Shown here: positions 25,535-33,848 of the stretch, one piece after another
Layout: each line of letters starts with the position of its first letter
Numbering within the stretch: position 1 is the stretch's first letter
From: Elusimicrobiota bacterium
GTDB taxonomy: Bacteria; Elusimicrobiota; Elusimicrobia; UBA1565; UBA9628
Assembly (NCBI GenBank): GCA_043783505.1
Contig: JAYVZL010000035.1
Span: 1 to 41,857 of the forward strand
Direction: 5' to 3'
Length of the DNA stretch: 41,857 nucleotides
The notes under the pieces: generated by a model
The model's database searches: none
The model's input: the letters and a program-made list of their open reading frames with translations, nothing else
Told to the model about the DNA's origin: nothing
Made by a program: the position numbers and the translations under genes

Positions 25535-27042
25535 CCACTTCGCTCGTCCAGCCCGACCCCTGGAAAAACCTCGCCGACCGTCGCCGCGCGTACGAGGAGT
25601 GCCTCGCCGCGTACGAAACTTTTCTGACGGGCCTCTCCATTCGTCTCAACGAAATCCACGGCGAATCCCGCTCGCCGCGATACTGGCGAATAGTCCTCGG
25701 TCCGTGGCTGATGCGCTTCGTTCAGATAGCGCGCGATCGCTTCGAGCGGAAAGAGCTGGTTCACGACCCCGCGTCGAGCGCGCCTCGCGATGCGCTCGAG
25801 TTCATCGTGCGCAGCTACGGCGGCCGCCCGCCTCTTCCCCAGCGCGCGCCGCCTTCCAAGACGGCGTTGACGCGGCTCATCGGTGCCAAGCGCCGGAGAG
25901 CGATGGCCTGCGATCTCGGCCTGCCGCCGCTCGAACTGCTCAAGCTCAAGCTCGCCGGCTTCACGGCCTGGCCGCTGCCGCTCAAAGATAATTATCTGAC
26001 GGCGCCTCCTCTGAATCCGGCCCAGCGCGCTCGCTTGAGCGGTCTGGACGCGAACACGGAGTTCGAAAAGGCCCTCGCCGCGATTCTGCCGGGGAAATTC
26101 CCCTGGCTTCATCTTGAAGGCCGAGCGGAATATGAAGCCGCGGTGGAGTCAGGGGCGCTGGCCGCTCCCGCCGTCTTGATCTCGACGGACGGCTGGCACT
26201 TCAACGAAGCGTTCAAAACCGTCGCCGGCTCCTTCGCCGAGCGAGGGACCCGCCTCGTGGCGATCCAGCACGGCGGCGGGTATGGTCTCTACGCCCGTAT
26301 TTGGCAGGAAACATTGGAGCGTTCGGTCGCGGATTCATATTGGTGTTTGGGCTGGTCCGGGCTCGACGGCGATAAGCGCCTGCGAGACGTCCCCGCTCCC
26401 TCGTTGAGCGCCGCGCCCAACGAGGGCGCGCCCGGCGAGGGTCTGCTCCTGGTCGGCAACGATCAGCCTCGCTGCCGCTACGGCTTTCAAAGCCAAGCGC
26501 AGGCGGAGAGCTTCGGCTCCTATCTCGAAGACCGCGACGTATTTCTTTCCGAGCTTGGCGAACTGCGCGGCCGCTGCGCGGTACGGCTGTCTAAGAACGA
26601 CCTGGGTTGGGACCAGTCCGCGCGTCTCTCTCAACGCTTTCCTGAAGTTAAACTGGAAACCGCCGCCGGCCCGCTCCATCAACGCCTGCGCCGCAGCGCT
26701 TTGACGATCATAGACCACCCCTCGACTTCATTGCTCGAGGCTCTCGCGCTCGACCGCCCGACGTTGATGTTCTGGCGTCCGGATGTCTGGGACTGCCGCC
26801 CGTCGGCGGCGCCTCTGCTCGACGGCCTGCGCCGCGCCGGCGTGCTGTTCGACGAGCCCCGAGCGGCCGCGCGCGCCACGGCCGAGGCCTGGTTCCACCC
26901 CCAGGTCTGGTGGTCGCGCCGCGAGGTCCGCGCCGCCGTCTTGGCCTTTCGGTCGCAAATGGCTTTCTCCTCCCCCATCTGGCGCAAGCGCTGGGCCCAC
27001 GCGCTCAAGGCCGAGATCGCCGCCGCGCGAGACGTGAAATGA
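25432..27042 (+). CDS. Putative transferase resembling the LIC12162 family seen in O-antigen / nonulosonic-acid loci
   Basis: SPRYWRIVLGPWLMRFV, AIQHGGGYGL and IIDHPSTSLLEALALDRPTLMFW match my memory of that family (TIGR04331), but this is unverified. The start is uncertain. GTG 25432 overlaps the upstream gene by 103 nt, and no canonical start lies between 25435 and the first internal Met. Confidence 0.5.
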   Translation: MDGDRPAADARNADARAPRRRARRLSFRGLGEALTTSLVQPDPWKNLADRRRAYEECLAAYETFLTGLSIRLNEIHGESRSPRYWRIVLGPWLMRFVQIARDRFERKELVHDPASSAPRDALEFIVRSYGGRPPLPQRAPPSKTALTRLIGAKRRRAMACDLGLPPLELLKLKLAGFTAWPLPLKDNYLTAPPLNPAQRARLSGLDANTEFEKALAAILPGKFPWLHLEGRAEYEAAVESGALAAPAVLISTDGWHFNEAFKTVAGSFAERGTRLVAIQHGGGYGLYARIWQETLERSVADSYWCLGWSGLDGDKRLRDVPAPSLSAAPNEGAPGEGLLLVGNDQPRCRYGFQSQAQAESFGSYLEDRDVFLSELGELRGRCAVRLSKNDLGWDQSARLSQRFPEVKLETAAGPLHQRLRRSALTIIDHPSTSLLEALALDRPTLMFWRPDVWDCRPSAAPLLDGLRRAGVLFDEPRAAARATAEAWFHPQVWWSRREVRAAVLAFRSQMAFSSPIWRKRWAHALKAEIAAARDVK

Positions 27043-28553
27043 GCGACTCGATCCTGCGCCGCTTCGGCTCCACGCTGATGACCAACGCGATCTCAAGCGG
27101 CGTCTCTTTCACCGCGACGCTCATCATCGCGCGCGGCCTCGGACCGCAGATATTCGGAGACTACGCTTTTTTGATCGCGAGCTTCGCGGCACTCAACACT
27201 TGGCTGGAACTGGGCACGCCCACCGCGTTCTACACGTTTCTCTCCAAAAGCCGCGACGCGCGGGCTCACGCCGCGCTCTATTTGGCCTGGCTCGCTTTCC
27301 GTCTTGTTTTGGTCGCAGCCGCGATCGCACTGCTTCCGCACCAGTGGCTCGATCGGGTATGGCTCGGCCATTCGCGAGGCTTGGTGCTCGGCGCCTTCGG
27401 CGCTTTTTTCGCCTCGGTCGTCGTCCGCGGATACCTGGTTCAACTCGCCGAATCGACCCGAAAAACCGTGTTCATTCAAAGCGCTATTGCCGTCTTGTCC
27501 TTGACTCACTTGACGCTCGTCGTGTTTCTGCGTCTAAGCGGAATGCTCAGCGTGCCCGCCTTGTTCGGACTGATTGTTTTCGAATACGCGGTTCTGGCGT
27601 CCTGGTTCGCCCTGCGCTTCGATCGCGGTCTGCTGGATTCCGGCGCGGAGACGCCGGATTGGCGCGCTCTCACGGCACGCTATGCGAAGTACTGCGCCCC
27701 CCTCGCCCTGTATGCGGCCCTCGGTTTCGTCGCGGACTTCGGCGACCGCTGGCTTCTCCAGCGTTTCGGAGGATCCGTCCAGCAGGGATATTTTTCTCTC
27801 GGCTACCAATTCGCCACGATCGCCCTGCTGACGACGACCTCGCTTCTCAATATTTTCTGGAAAGAGATCGCCGCGGCCGAGGAGTTGGCCGATCGCGCTC
27901 GCGCCCGGGATCTATACAACCGCGCCTCCCGCCTGCTCTTCTTCGTCGCCGCCGCGGGCGGCTGTTTCCTGGCCCCGCACAGCCGCGCGCTTCTGAACGT
28001 TACCGCGGGAGCCGGCTTCTCCGACGCCGCGCCGGTCTTGGCTCTGATGCTTCTCTATCCCGCCTTCCAAAGCCTCAGCCAGCTCAACGGCGCCTTCTTC
28101 TACGCCACCGAGGACACTCGAACCCACGTCTCGATCTCCTCCATCGGTCTCGCCGTCGGTTTGCCGCTGACGTACCTCACCCTGGCACCCCGCGACGCCG
28201 CCATCCCCGGATTGGCGCTCGGCGCCGTCGGCCTGGCCGCGCGCCTTTGGCTCGTCCAGGCGGCGATCGTGAGCCTGCAATGCGCGGTGGTCCGCCGCCG
28301 CCTTGGCTCGGAAATCGGCCCGAGCTATCACTGGGTGACGCTGTTCCTTTTGGGCTCGCTCGGCGCCGCGGCGGCGGCGTTCGGAAATCTGGCGTCGCGT
28401 GGACTCGTCCTTGCCCGCCCGGATCTTTGGGCGGTTCTTTTCTCCATCGTTCCCTTCATAGCGGGACTCGCGGCATTGGCCTGGTTTTTTCCGTCCCGCG
28501 TCGGCGCGGACCGGGCCCATATCGATCGCATTCTGCGCTGGCGGCTCTCATGA
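27039..28553 (+). CDS. wzx: Wzx-type oligosaccharide flippase (MOP superfamily polysaccharide biosynthesis protein)
   Basis: ATG 27039 overlaps the upstream stop (ATGA). 504 aa with about 12-14 TM segments and the N-terminus MSDSILRRFGSTLMTNAISSGVSFTATLIIARGLGPQIFGDYAF, typical of PST-family flippases. Confidence 0.8.
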   Translation: MSDSILRRFGSTLMTNAISSGVSFTATLIIARGLGPQIFGDYAFLIASFAALNTWLELGTPTAFYTFLSKSRDARAHAALYLAWLAFRLVLVAAAIALLPHQWLDRVWLGHSRGLVLGAFGAFFASVVVRGYLVQLAESTRKTVFIQSAIAVLSLTHLTLVVFLRLSGMLSVPALFGLIVFEYAVLASWFALRFDRGLLDSGAETPDWRALTARYAKYCAPLALYAALGFVADFGDRWLLQRFGGSVQQGYFSLGYQFATIALLTTTSLLNIFWKEIAAAEELADRARARDLYNRASRLLFFVAAAGGCFLAPHSRALLNVTAGAGFSDAAPVLALMLLYPAFQSLSQLNGAFFYATEDTRTHVSISSIGLAVGLPLTYLTLAPRDAAIPGLALGAVGLAARLWLVQAAIVSLQCAVVRRRLGSEIGPSYHWVTLFLLGSLGAAAAAFGNLASRGLVLARPDLWAVLFSIVPFIAGLAALAWFFPSRVGADRAHIDRILRWRLS

Positions 28554-29831
28554 AAAGAGTCGCGCATAAAACGGCGGCTTCCCTGACTCTGCTAGCTTTC
28601 GGATTCGCGCTCTATATGGCAGGCGACGCCGTGAAGGTTTGGCATCGCCACAGAACGAAGATCGCAAACTCCCCATTTCGAACCGTCGCCTTACAGGGCG
28701 CTTCTCAGCGGTTTCTCGGCGACCTTGATTCAGAAACCGGCACTGCCAGCAGCGTATGGCGGGAATTCATGCCGGCTGACAGCATCCTGGGCTGGCGCAT
28801 GGGGCCCAATGTCGCGGTCAGCCAATACGGAAAGTATCTTTACGCGACGAACAAGCAGGGCTTTCTCTCCATAGGCGAAAACGATTTTTATTATCCTCCT
28901 CGCAAGCGGCCCGGCGCGCTGCGCGTCGTCGTCCTGGGCGGGTCTACTGTGATGGGCTGCGGCTCTCCCACTCCCGCATCCAACCTTCCCGCGATGATTC
29001 AGAAAAGTTTGCTCGGAATGCACCCCCCCCCCCATTTCCAAAAAGAATTTGGAAGTCATCAATGCCGGCGTGGGGGGATATGCCTCGACGCAGGAATTTC
29101 TATATCTGGCCTCCGAACTCATCTCTTATGAGCCTGACATCGTGATTATTTACGACGGCTGGAACGATCAGGTCGTCAATAACTACGTCCTTGCTAAGCG
29201 AGGCCAGCTGGAGCCATTCAGCACGTTTAAGACTCCAACCCATTGGATGCTCGATGCGAGGACCAATGCCGGCTTTACGCTCGCCGGCGCCGGTAGGATT
29301 TTTTTGGCTTCACTCGCGGGCGAGGCGAATCTGTTTATTTCGGACCTGGTGATTGTGAAGCGTCTTCGAAGCTTCGCCGGGTGGCTGAAGGGAAAGACCG
29401 CCGCACCCACCGCCAGTAAGCTCGAGACTGAACGCGTGTTTGATCCGGCCAGCATCACGCTTTACCGCGAGAATTTGGAACGAATGATCCTTCTGTCGAA
29501 ACAGCGGGGCTTCAAAATGGGTATTTTTCTTCAGCCGATCATGAGCGCGGACGATAAACCCTTGTCGAACGCGGAGAAAAAAATATTCGACAACATCCAA
29601 GATCTTCCCGCGAGCCGATCGTTCTACCGCGACGCACGCTCCGTATTCGAGCGCCTAAAGCGAGAGAACTCAGATAAGCGTTCACTCTGCATCGAAGATC
29701 TCTCGCATGTCTTTGCCGGAGAGATTTCCACGGTTTACAACGATCCCGGCCATCTGGAACCGGCGGGCAATCGAATCGTCGCCGACGCCCTTGTTCGAAA
29801 ACTAAAAGGGTGCGGCTTTCTGCATCGATGA
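28550..29831 (+). pseudogene. Membrane-anchored SGNH/GDSL-family hydrolase or acyl-esterase, split by a frameshift inside an 11-C homopolymer
   Basis: ATG 28550 (ATGA overlap with wzx) opens a frame with a TM anchor (AASLTLLAFGFALYMAG) and block I VVVLGGSTVMG. This frame stops at 29129-29131. The frame of ORF 29049..29831 carries block II INAGVGGY, block III IIYDGWND and block V NDPGHL, and it is already open across the C-tract. Twelve or 9 Cs would fuse the two parts (..GMHPPPPISKKNLEVINAG..). Confidence 0.7.
29023..29033 (+). repeat. Homopolymeric C11 tract at the SGNH frameshift site
   Basis: Counted directly: ca + 11 x c + att at 29021-29036. It is the longest homopolymer I saw in the window; other runs reach about 8 nt. 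Confidence 0.95.
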
Positions 29832-29841
29832 GAATCCAGCG

Positions 29842-30708
29842 TTGGAGGCCCTCATGAAGGCTTTTCTTAAATCCGTTCTCCCGGGCGGCGCGCGTGATTC
29901 CCTTAGACGCGCGCGCGAGTCTTTGCTGCTGCGCAGCCTGCGCGCGGCCGTCGCCGAGCAAGGCCTGGGCGATTGGGTCGCGCGACACACGAAGGTCTTT
30001 CCCGAGCTGTCGCGTCAATACACCGATTTCGTTCTCGACAGTGACTACCTTCAATATAAAGTCCGCGCTCAACAGTCCTTCCAAGTCAGCCTCGCCGCCC
30101 CCGTCCTCGCCGCGAGGCCGAAAGCCGTCGTCGTCGACGTGGGCGACTCCTCCGGAGCCCACATCGCGGCCCTCAAGTCGCTTCTGCCCGACGGCGGCCA
30201 CCGCTTTTTGTCCGTGAACCTCGACGCTCAGGCCGTGGCGCGCGTCAAGGAGCGCGGATTCGAGGCGATACTGTGCCGCGCCGAAGCCCTGAAGGAAAAG
30301 GGAATTGTGGCCGATATTTTCTTGTCGTTCGAGACGCTTGAACATCTTAACGACCCGGCGACGTTCCTGCACCAACTGTCTAAGACCGACTGCCAACGTC
30401 TGGTGCTCACGGTCCCCTATGTCGCCAACAGCCGCATGGGTCTTCACCACCTGCGTGCCGGCCTCACGAAAAAAGTGAGCCCGGAGACAGTCCATCTTTT
30501 CGAGTTTTCTCCGGAAGACCTGAAGCTCCTGGCCAAGCATTGCGGCTGGGCGGTGGAAACCGAACGCATTTACCGGCAATACCCCCTGAATTCACCCTTG
30601 CGCGCGACGCGCGCGATCTGGCGCGACTGGGATTTCGAAGGGTTTTACGGCTTAGTTCTGAGCCGCGATTCCTCCTGGTCGTCGCTTTACACGGGATGGT
30701 CCGAATGA
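29842..30708 (+). CDS. Class I methyltransferase-fold protein (degenerate SAM motif)
   Basis: 288 aa with VVVDVGDSSGAHIAAL, FLSVNLD and ADIFLSFETLEHLNDPATFLHQL (post-II/III motifs). Confidence 0.55.
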   Translation: MEALMKAFLKSVLPGGARDSLRRARESLLLRSLRAAVAEQGLGDWVARHTKVFPELSRQYTDFVLDSDYLQYKVRAQQSFQVSLAAPVLAARPKAVVVDVGDSSGAHIAALKSLLPDGGHRFLSVNLDAQAVARVKERGFEAILCRAEALKEKGIVADIFLSFETLEHLNDPATFLHQLSKTDCQRLVLTVPYVANSRMGLHHLRAGLTKKVSPETVHLFEFSPEDLKLLAKHCGWAVETERIYRQYPLNSPLRATRAIWRDWDFEGFYGLVLSRDSSWSSLYTGWSE

Positions 30709-30784
30709 CCCCAAAACGCGCCTCCGCTTTGGCCGAAAATAGTATAATGAATCGTTATTTTCTCGACGGAGGACGTTCTTCTTC

Positions 30785-31906
30785 ATGAAAACAAACACCC
30801 CCAAAGCCTCGCCCGCCCCCAAGGCCATTTCCCAGTATTGGGACCACATCACCGAGTACGAGCTCGATGACGCCTGGCGCGCGGCCAACGACACCCCGGC
30901 CTACCGCGAGTACCGCAAGAATTTCGACGCCGCCCAAAAACGCCAGTATCTTGGGGATTTCCCGCTCTCGATTGAAATCGAGGCCAGCTACTTCTGCAAT
31001 CTCAAGTGCCCCTTCTGCCCCCGCGTCGTCAACCTGGGCGAGCGTGAGGTCGGCCACATGAGCCAAGAGCTCTGGGATAAGATCCTCACCGAGTGCCGCG
31101 CCAACGGCCTCAACGCCATCCTTATGGATCATGAGGCCGAGTCGATGATGAACCCGCGCTTCATCGGCATGGTCAAGGACGCCAAGGACGCCGGCATCCT
31201 CGACATCTGGCTGCACACCAACGCCAACCTCCTGACACCCAAGAAGTCCGAGGAGCTCATCGAGGCCGGCATTACCAAGATCAATTTCTCCATCGACGCG
31301 ACCGACGACGCCGTCTACGACGTCCTGCGCGTCGGCGGCAACCTCGCCAAGGTGATCAAGAACGTCAACGAGTTCCTGGGCATCAAGCTCGCCAAGAAGG
31401 CCCACCACGTGCGCACGCGCGTGAGCTTCGTCGAGCAGAAAGAGAATCTCCACCAGAAACAGGCCTTCCTTGAGCAGTGGAAAGACGCGAAGGGCCTCAA
31501 CATGGTGACGTACCAGGAGTGCGTGGACTTTTCCCTGTTCGAGAAGCCCGACGCCGACATGGCGCTCTCCGAAAAAGAGCTCGAGGTGAAGTACAAGGAC
31601 GCCGAGCCCTTTCACTGCAGCCTGCCATGGGAGATGCCCGTCATCGACACCGAGGCCAACGTCATGCCCTGCGGCTCGCCCGTGCGCGAGCACACCAAGG
31701 ACTTCATTCTCGGCAACCTAAACAAGGGCGACACCATCAAGTCCTGTTGGAAAGGTCCCAAGATGACCGCCCTGCGCGAGCTGCACCAGAAAGGCGAGTG
31801 GTACAAAAATCCGGTTTGCCGCGTCTGCGTGAAGTCGATGCGCGATTCCAAGAAGAGCATGCGCGCCCTGCGCGAAAAAACCGCGGCGGTCGCCGCGAAA
31901 GACTGA
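30785..31906 (+). CDS. Radical SAM enzyme with a C-terminal SPASM/twitch-like Cys cluster (paralogue 2)
   Basis: GGAGGA lies 10 nt upstream. CNLKCPFC (CxxxCxxC). C-terminal FHCSLPW..VMPCGSP..NPVCRVCV. WKGPKMT is shared with the ORF at 19543. Confidence 0.85.
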   Translation: MKTNTPKASPAPKAISQYWDHITEYELDDAWRAANDTPAYREYRKNFDAAQKRQYLGDFPLSIEIEASYFCNLKCPFCPRVVNLGEREVGHMSQELWDKILTECRANGLNAILMDHEAESMMNPRFIGMVKDAKDAGILDIWLHTNANLLTPKKSEELIEAGITKINFSIDATDDAVYDVLRVGGNLAKVIKNVNEFLGIKLAKKAHHVRTRVSFVEQKENLHQKQAFLEQWKDAKGLNMVTYQECVDFSLFEKPDADMALSEKELEVKYKDAEPFHCSLPWEMPVIDTEANVMPCGSPVREHTKDFILGNLNKGDTIKSCWKGPKMTALRELHQKGEWYKNPVCRVCVKSMRDSKKSMRALREKTAAVAAKD

Positions 31907-31910
31907 GCCG

Positions 31911-32873
31911 ATGAAAACGCGCGAGCTCGGGCGCCTGCCCGCGCGCGTCTCGGCCGTCGGTCTGGGTACCGCGCAGCTCGCCAATCTCGACGGGTCCGTC
32001 GCCGGCATACGACACGTCGCCCCGGCCGATGCCAAGCGCATCCTCGAGACCGCGATAGAAGACGGGGTATCCGTCTTCGACACCGGCGATCAGTACGGCG
32101 CCGCCGAGGAATTGATTGGTTCGTTAGACTCTTCCTTGCGCGCACGCGTCATCGTTGCCACTAAGGCAGGACTGCGCGACGATGGACAAAGGGATTTTAC
32201 ACCCGTTTATCTTCGCTCACGTCTGGAACGCTCTCTCAAGCGCCTGAAAACCGAGCGTCTCGATCTGTTTCAGCTCAACAAACCCTCCGCGAATGACTGG
32301 CAGGACGGCCATTTGGCCTCTTTTCTAAAAGAAGAAAAACAACGAGGTCGCATCCGCTTCGCGGGCGTGGTGGTGGGAGAAGCGGCGGACGGACTACGGG
32401 CCCTCGAAGAATCTTCCATCGACACCGTTCAAGTCCTCTTCCACCTCCTTTATCACGCCGCGGAACCTGTCATCGCCTCGGCCGCGCAGAAAGGGAAAGG
32501 AGTGATCATTCGTTCTCCTCTCAACAGCGGTCTTCTTTCCGGCACGTATCGCTCCGACACCGTCGTTCCCGCCGCCGACGAACGTTCCCGCTATTTCGCC
32601 GGCGCGGAGTTCCAAAGCCGCGTCTCGGCACTTCAAGCGATTCAGAGCGACCTAAACATAACGGATAGCCAACTAGTCGAATACGCACTGCGCTTCTGCC
32701 TATCGGAGCCCGGCGTCTCGACCGTCATTCCCGGCGCCTCCCGTCTAGAACAGTCCCGCCGCTACGCAGCCTGCGGCGACGCGAAGCCGATGTCTGCCCA
32801 GGAGCTGGCGAAGGTTAAAGCCGTCGTCGCGGCCCGGATGTCCGGCGTCGGCGTCACTTTTCAGCTTCAATAA
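31911..32873 (+). CDS. Aldo/keto reductase family oxidoreductase
   Basis: 320 aa with VSAVGLGTAQL, FDTGDQYGAAEELIG (the DTAxxYG-type motif) and LDLFQLN. Confidence 0.85.
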   Translation: MKTRELGRLPARVSAVGLGTAQLANLDGSVAGIRHVAPADAKRILETAIEDGVSVFDTGDQYGAAEELIGSLDSSLRARVIVATKAGLRDDGQRDFTPVYLRSRLERSLKRLKTERLDLFQLNKPSANDWQDGHLASFLKEEKQRGRIRFAGVVVGEAADGLRALEESSIDTVQVLFHLLYHAAEPVIASAAQKGKGVIIRSPLNSGLLSGTYRSDTVVPAADERSRYFAGAEFQSRVSALQAIQSDLNITDSQLVEYALRFCLSEPGVSTVIPGASRLEQSRRYAACGDAKPMSAQELAKVKAVVAARMSGVGVTFQLQ

Positions 32874-32874
32874 C

Positions 32875-33636
32875 ATGGGACATTTCGACTCCTTTCTCGT
32901 TCAGAACCTAAAAAAGCAGGAAGCCTCCGAGACCGCGGCCGAGGAAAACGGGCAGGATGCCTCGCGCGGCGACTTCGGAGCCTATCACCGACTGCTGAAG
33001 CATCGTAAAGACGACTGGGTGAAGCTGCATGCCGTCATCGACAAGGCCGAGGCCGACCAATACGCGGCTCAAGTTTTCGCCGCCGCGGGGCCGCTGCCTT
33101 TAAATCCCACGCTTCTCGACGCCGGCTGCGGCCCGGGAGTGATCACCGAGTCGCTCCGGGCTCGATTATCCTGCGCCGCGGCGACCGGGATCGACATCTC
33201 CCAATCGGCGGTTCAGTACGCGCGGGAAGAATTCAAAAAATGCCGCTTCGAGACTGTCGGAATCGACGAGCACACGGTCTTACCCAATCAATACGACATC
33301 ATCCACACCCGCGAGTTTTATCCATTTACAAGAACCGGTGACGTTGCCGTTCATAAAACCTACCTGGAGGTTTTCGCCAAGCACCTCAAACCAGGCGGTC
33401 TCCTAATCCATGCGCTTCTGGCTCAAAACGGAACGCTGGCCGACAACAGCCAGGAGCTCGCAATGGACATGCGCCATTGGGGACTCTCCCCTTTTCAAGT
33501 AATCCCCTTAGCCAACGCGAGCATTCTTCGTCTCTTAGGTAACGTCCCCTTAAGCCGAACCGCGACCTGGGTCATACAGCAGATCCTGCGACGATCCCAG
33601 CGTTACTTCTACATCAGCCGTCGAATCGAGCCATAA
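32875..33636 (+). CDS. Class I SAM-dependent methyltransferase
   Basis: 253 aa with LLDAGCGPGVITESL, GIDISQSAVQYA and LKPGGLLI. Confidence 0.75.
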   Translation: MGHFDSFLVQNLKKQEASETAAEENGQDASRGDFGAYHRLLKHRKDDWVKLHAVIDKAEADQYAAQVFAAAGPLPLNPTLLDAGCGPGVITESLRARLSCAAATGIDISQSAVQYAREEFKKCRFETVGIDEHTVLPNQYDIIHTREFYPFTRTGDVAVHKTYLEVFAKHLKPGGLLIHALLAQNGTLADNSQELAMDMRHWGLSPFQVIPLANASILRLLGNVPLSRTATWVIQQILRRSQRYFYISRRIEP

Positions 33637-33673
33637 AAGCAATGCAACGATCGCAGAATCTTAGTACGCGTCA

Positions 33674-33696
33674 GAATGTAGCAGATGTGATACTTT
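33674..33696 (+). repeat. Copy 1 of a 23-bp direct repeat GAATGTnGCAnATGTGATACnTT
   Basis: gaatgtAgcaGatgtgatacTtt lies in the 212-bp intergenic region upstream of kpsF. Confidence 0.7.
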
Positions 33697-33715
33697 GACT
33701 AGTCCCGGGACGAGT

Positions 33716-33738
33716 GAATGTCGCACATGTGATACATT
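33716..33738 (+). repeat. Copy 2 of the 23-bp direct repeat
   Basis: gaatgtCgcaCatgtgatacAtt is identical to copy 1 at 20 of 23 positions and starts exactly 42 bp downstream of it. Confidence 0.7.
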
Positions 33739-33848
33739 CCGAGTTGAAGGGATAGAATGAGCGCGCCCAGACCCACCGACGCACACCCTGCGGGCAGACC
33801 GTCCCAATCGACGGTAAGCATTCAAATAGTTAGTAAAATATAATCCCA

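Noticed and set aside
27200-28549. 5' two-thirds of the 643-aa + strand ORF 27200..29131. The 5' extensions of ORFs 3272..4756, 34798..36372, 26910..28553, 20484..21311, 8081..9133 and 16037..16762 are similar cases
   Set aside because: These stretches are Arg/Pro-rich out-of-frame read-through over the preceding gene. In each case an internal ATG or GTG with an SD site or a stop/start overlap begins the recognisable domain.
30747-30788. 13-codon mini-ORF (MNRYFLDGGRSSS) whose stop overlaps the ATG of radical SAM paralogue 2 (ATGA), considered as a possible SPASM precursor peptide or leader peptide
   Set aside because: It has no Shine-Dalgarno, no Cys or other typical modification-target residues, and its ATG is embedded in a TATAAT-like hexamer. 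No comparable peptide precedes the first paralogue. I cannot exclude a uORF role, but there is no positive evidence.
29539-31693. Minus-strand ORFs 29539..30579 (346 aa) and 30755..31693 (312 aa)
   Set aside because: They are antisense to the methyltransferase-fold gene and radical SAM paralogue 2. They are low-complexity and lack start context.
33695-33700. TTGACT hexamer, plus a GTCCCGGGAC palindrome (33702-33711), upstream of kpsF, considered as promoter or operator
   Set aside because: No acceptable -10 lies 16-18 nt downstream of TTGACT. The 10-bp palindrome is GC-rich, short and unique, so the evidence is insufficient.
33685-33735. TGTGA half-sites in the repeated motif, considered as CRP/FNR-type sites
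   Set aside because: No TCACA half lies at the required 6-bp spacing in any of the three copies, and the repeats are direct rather than inverted.
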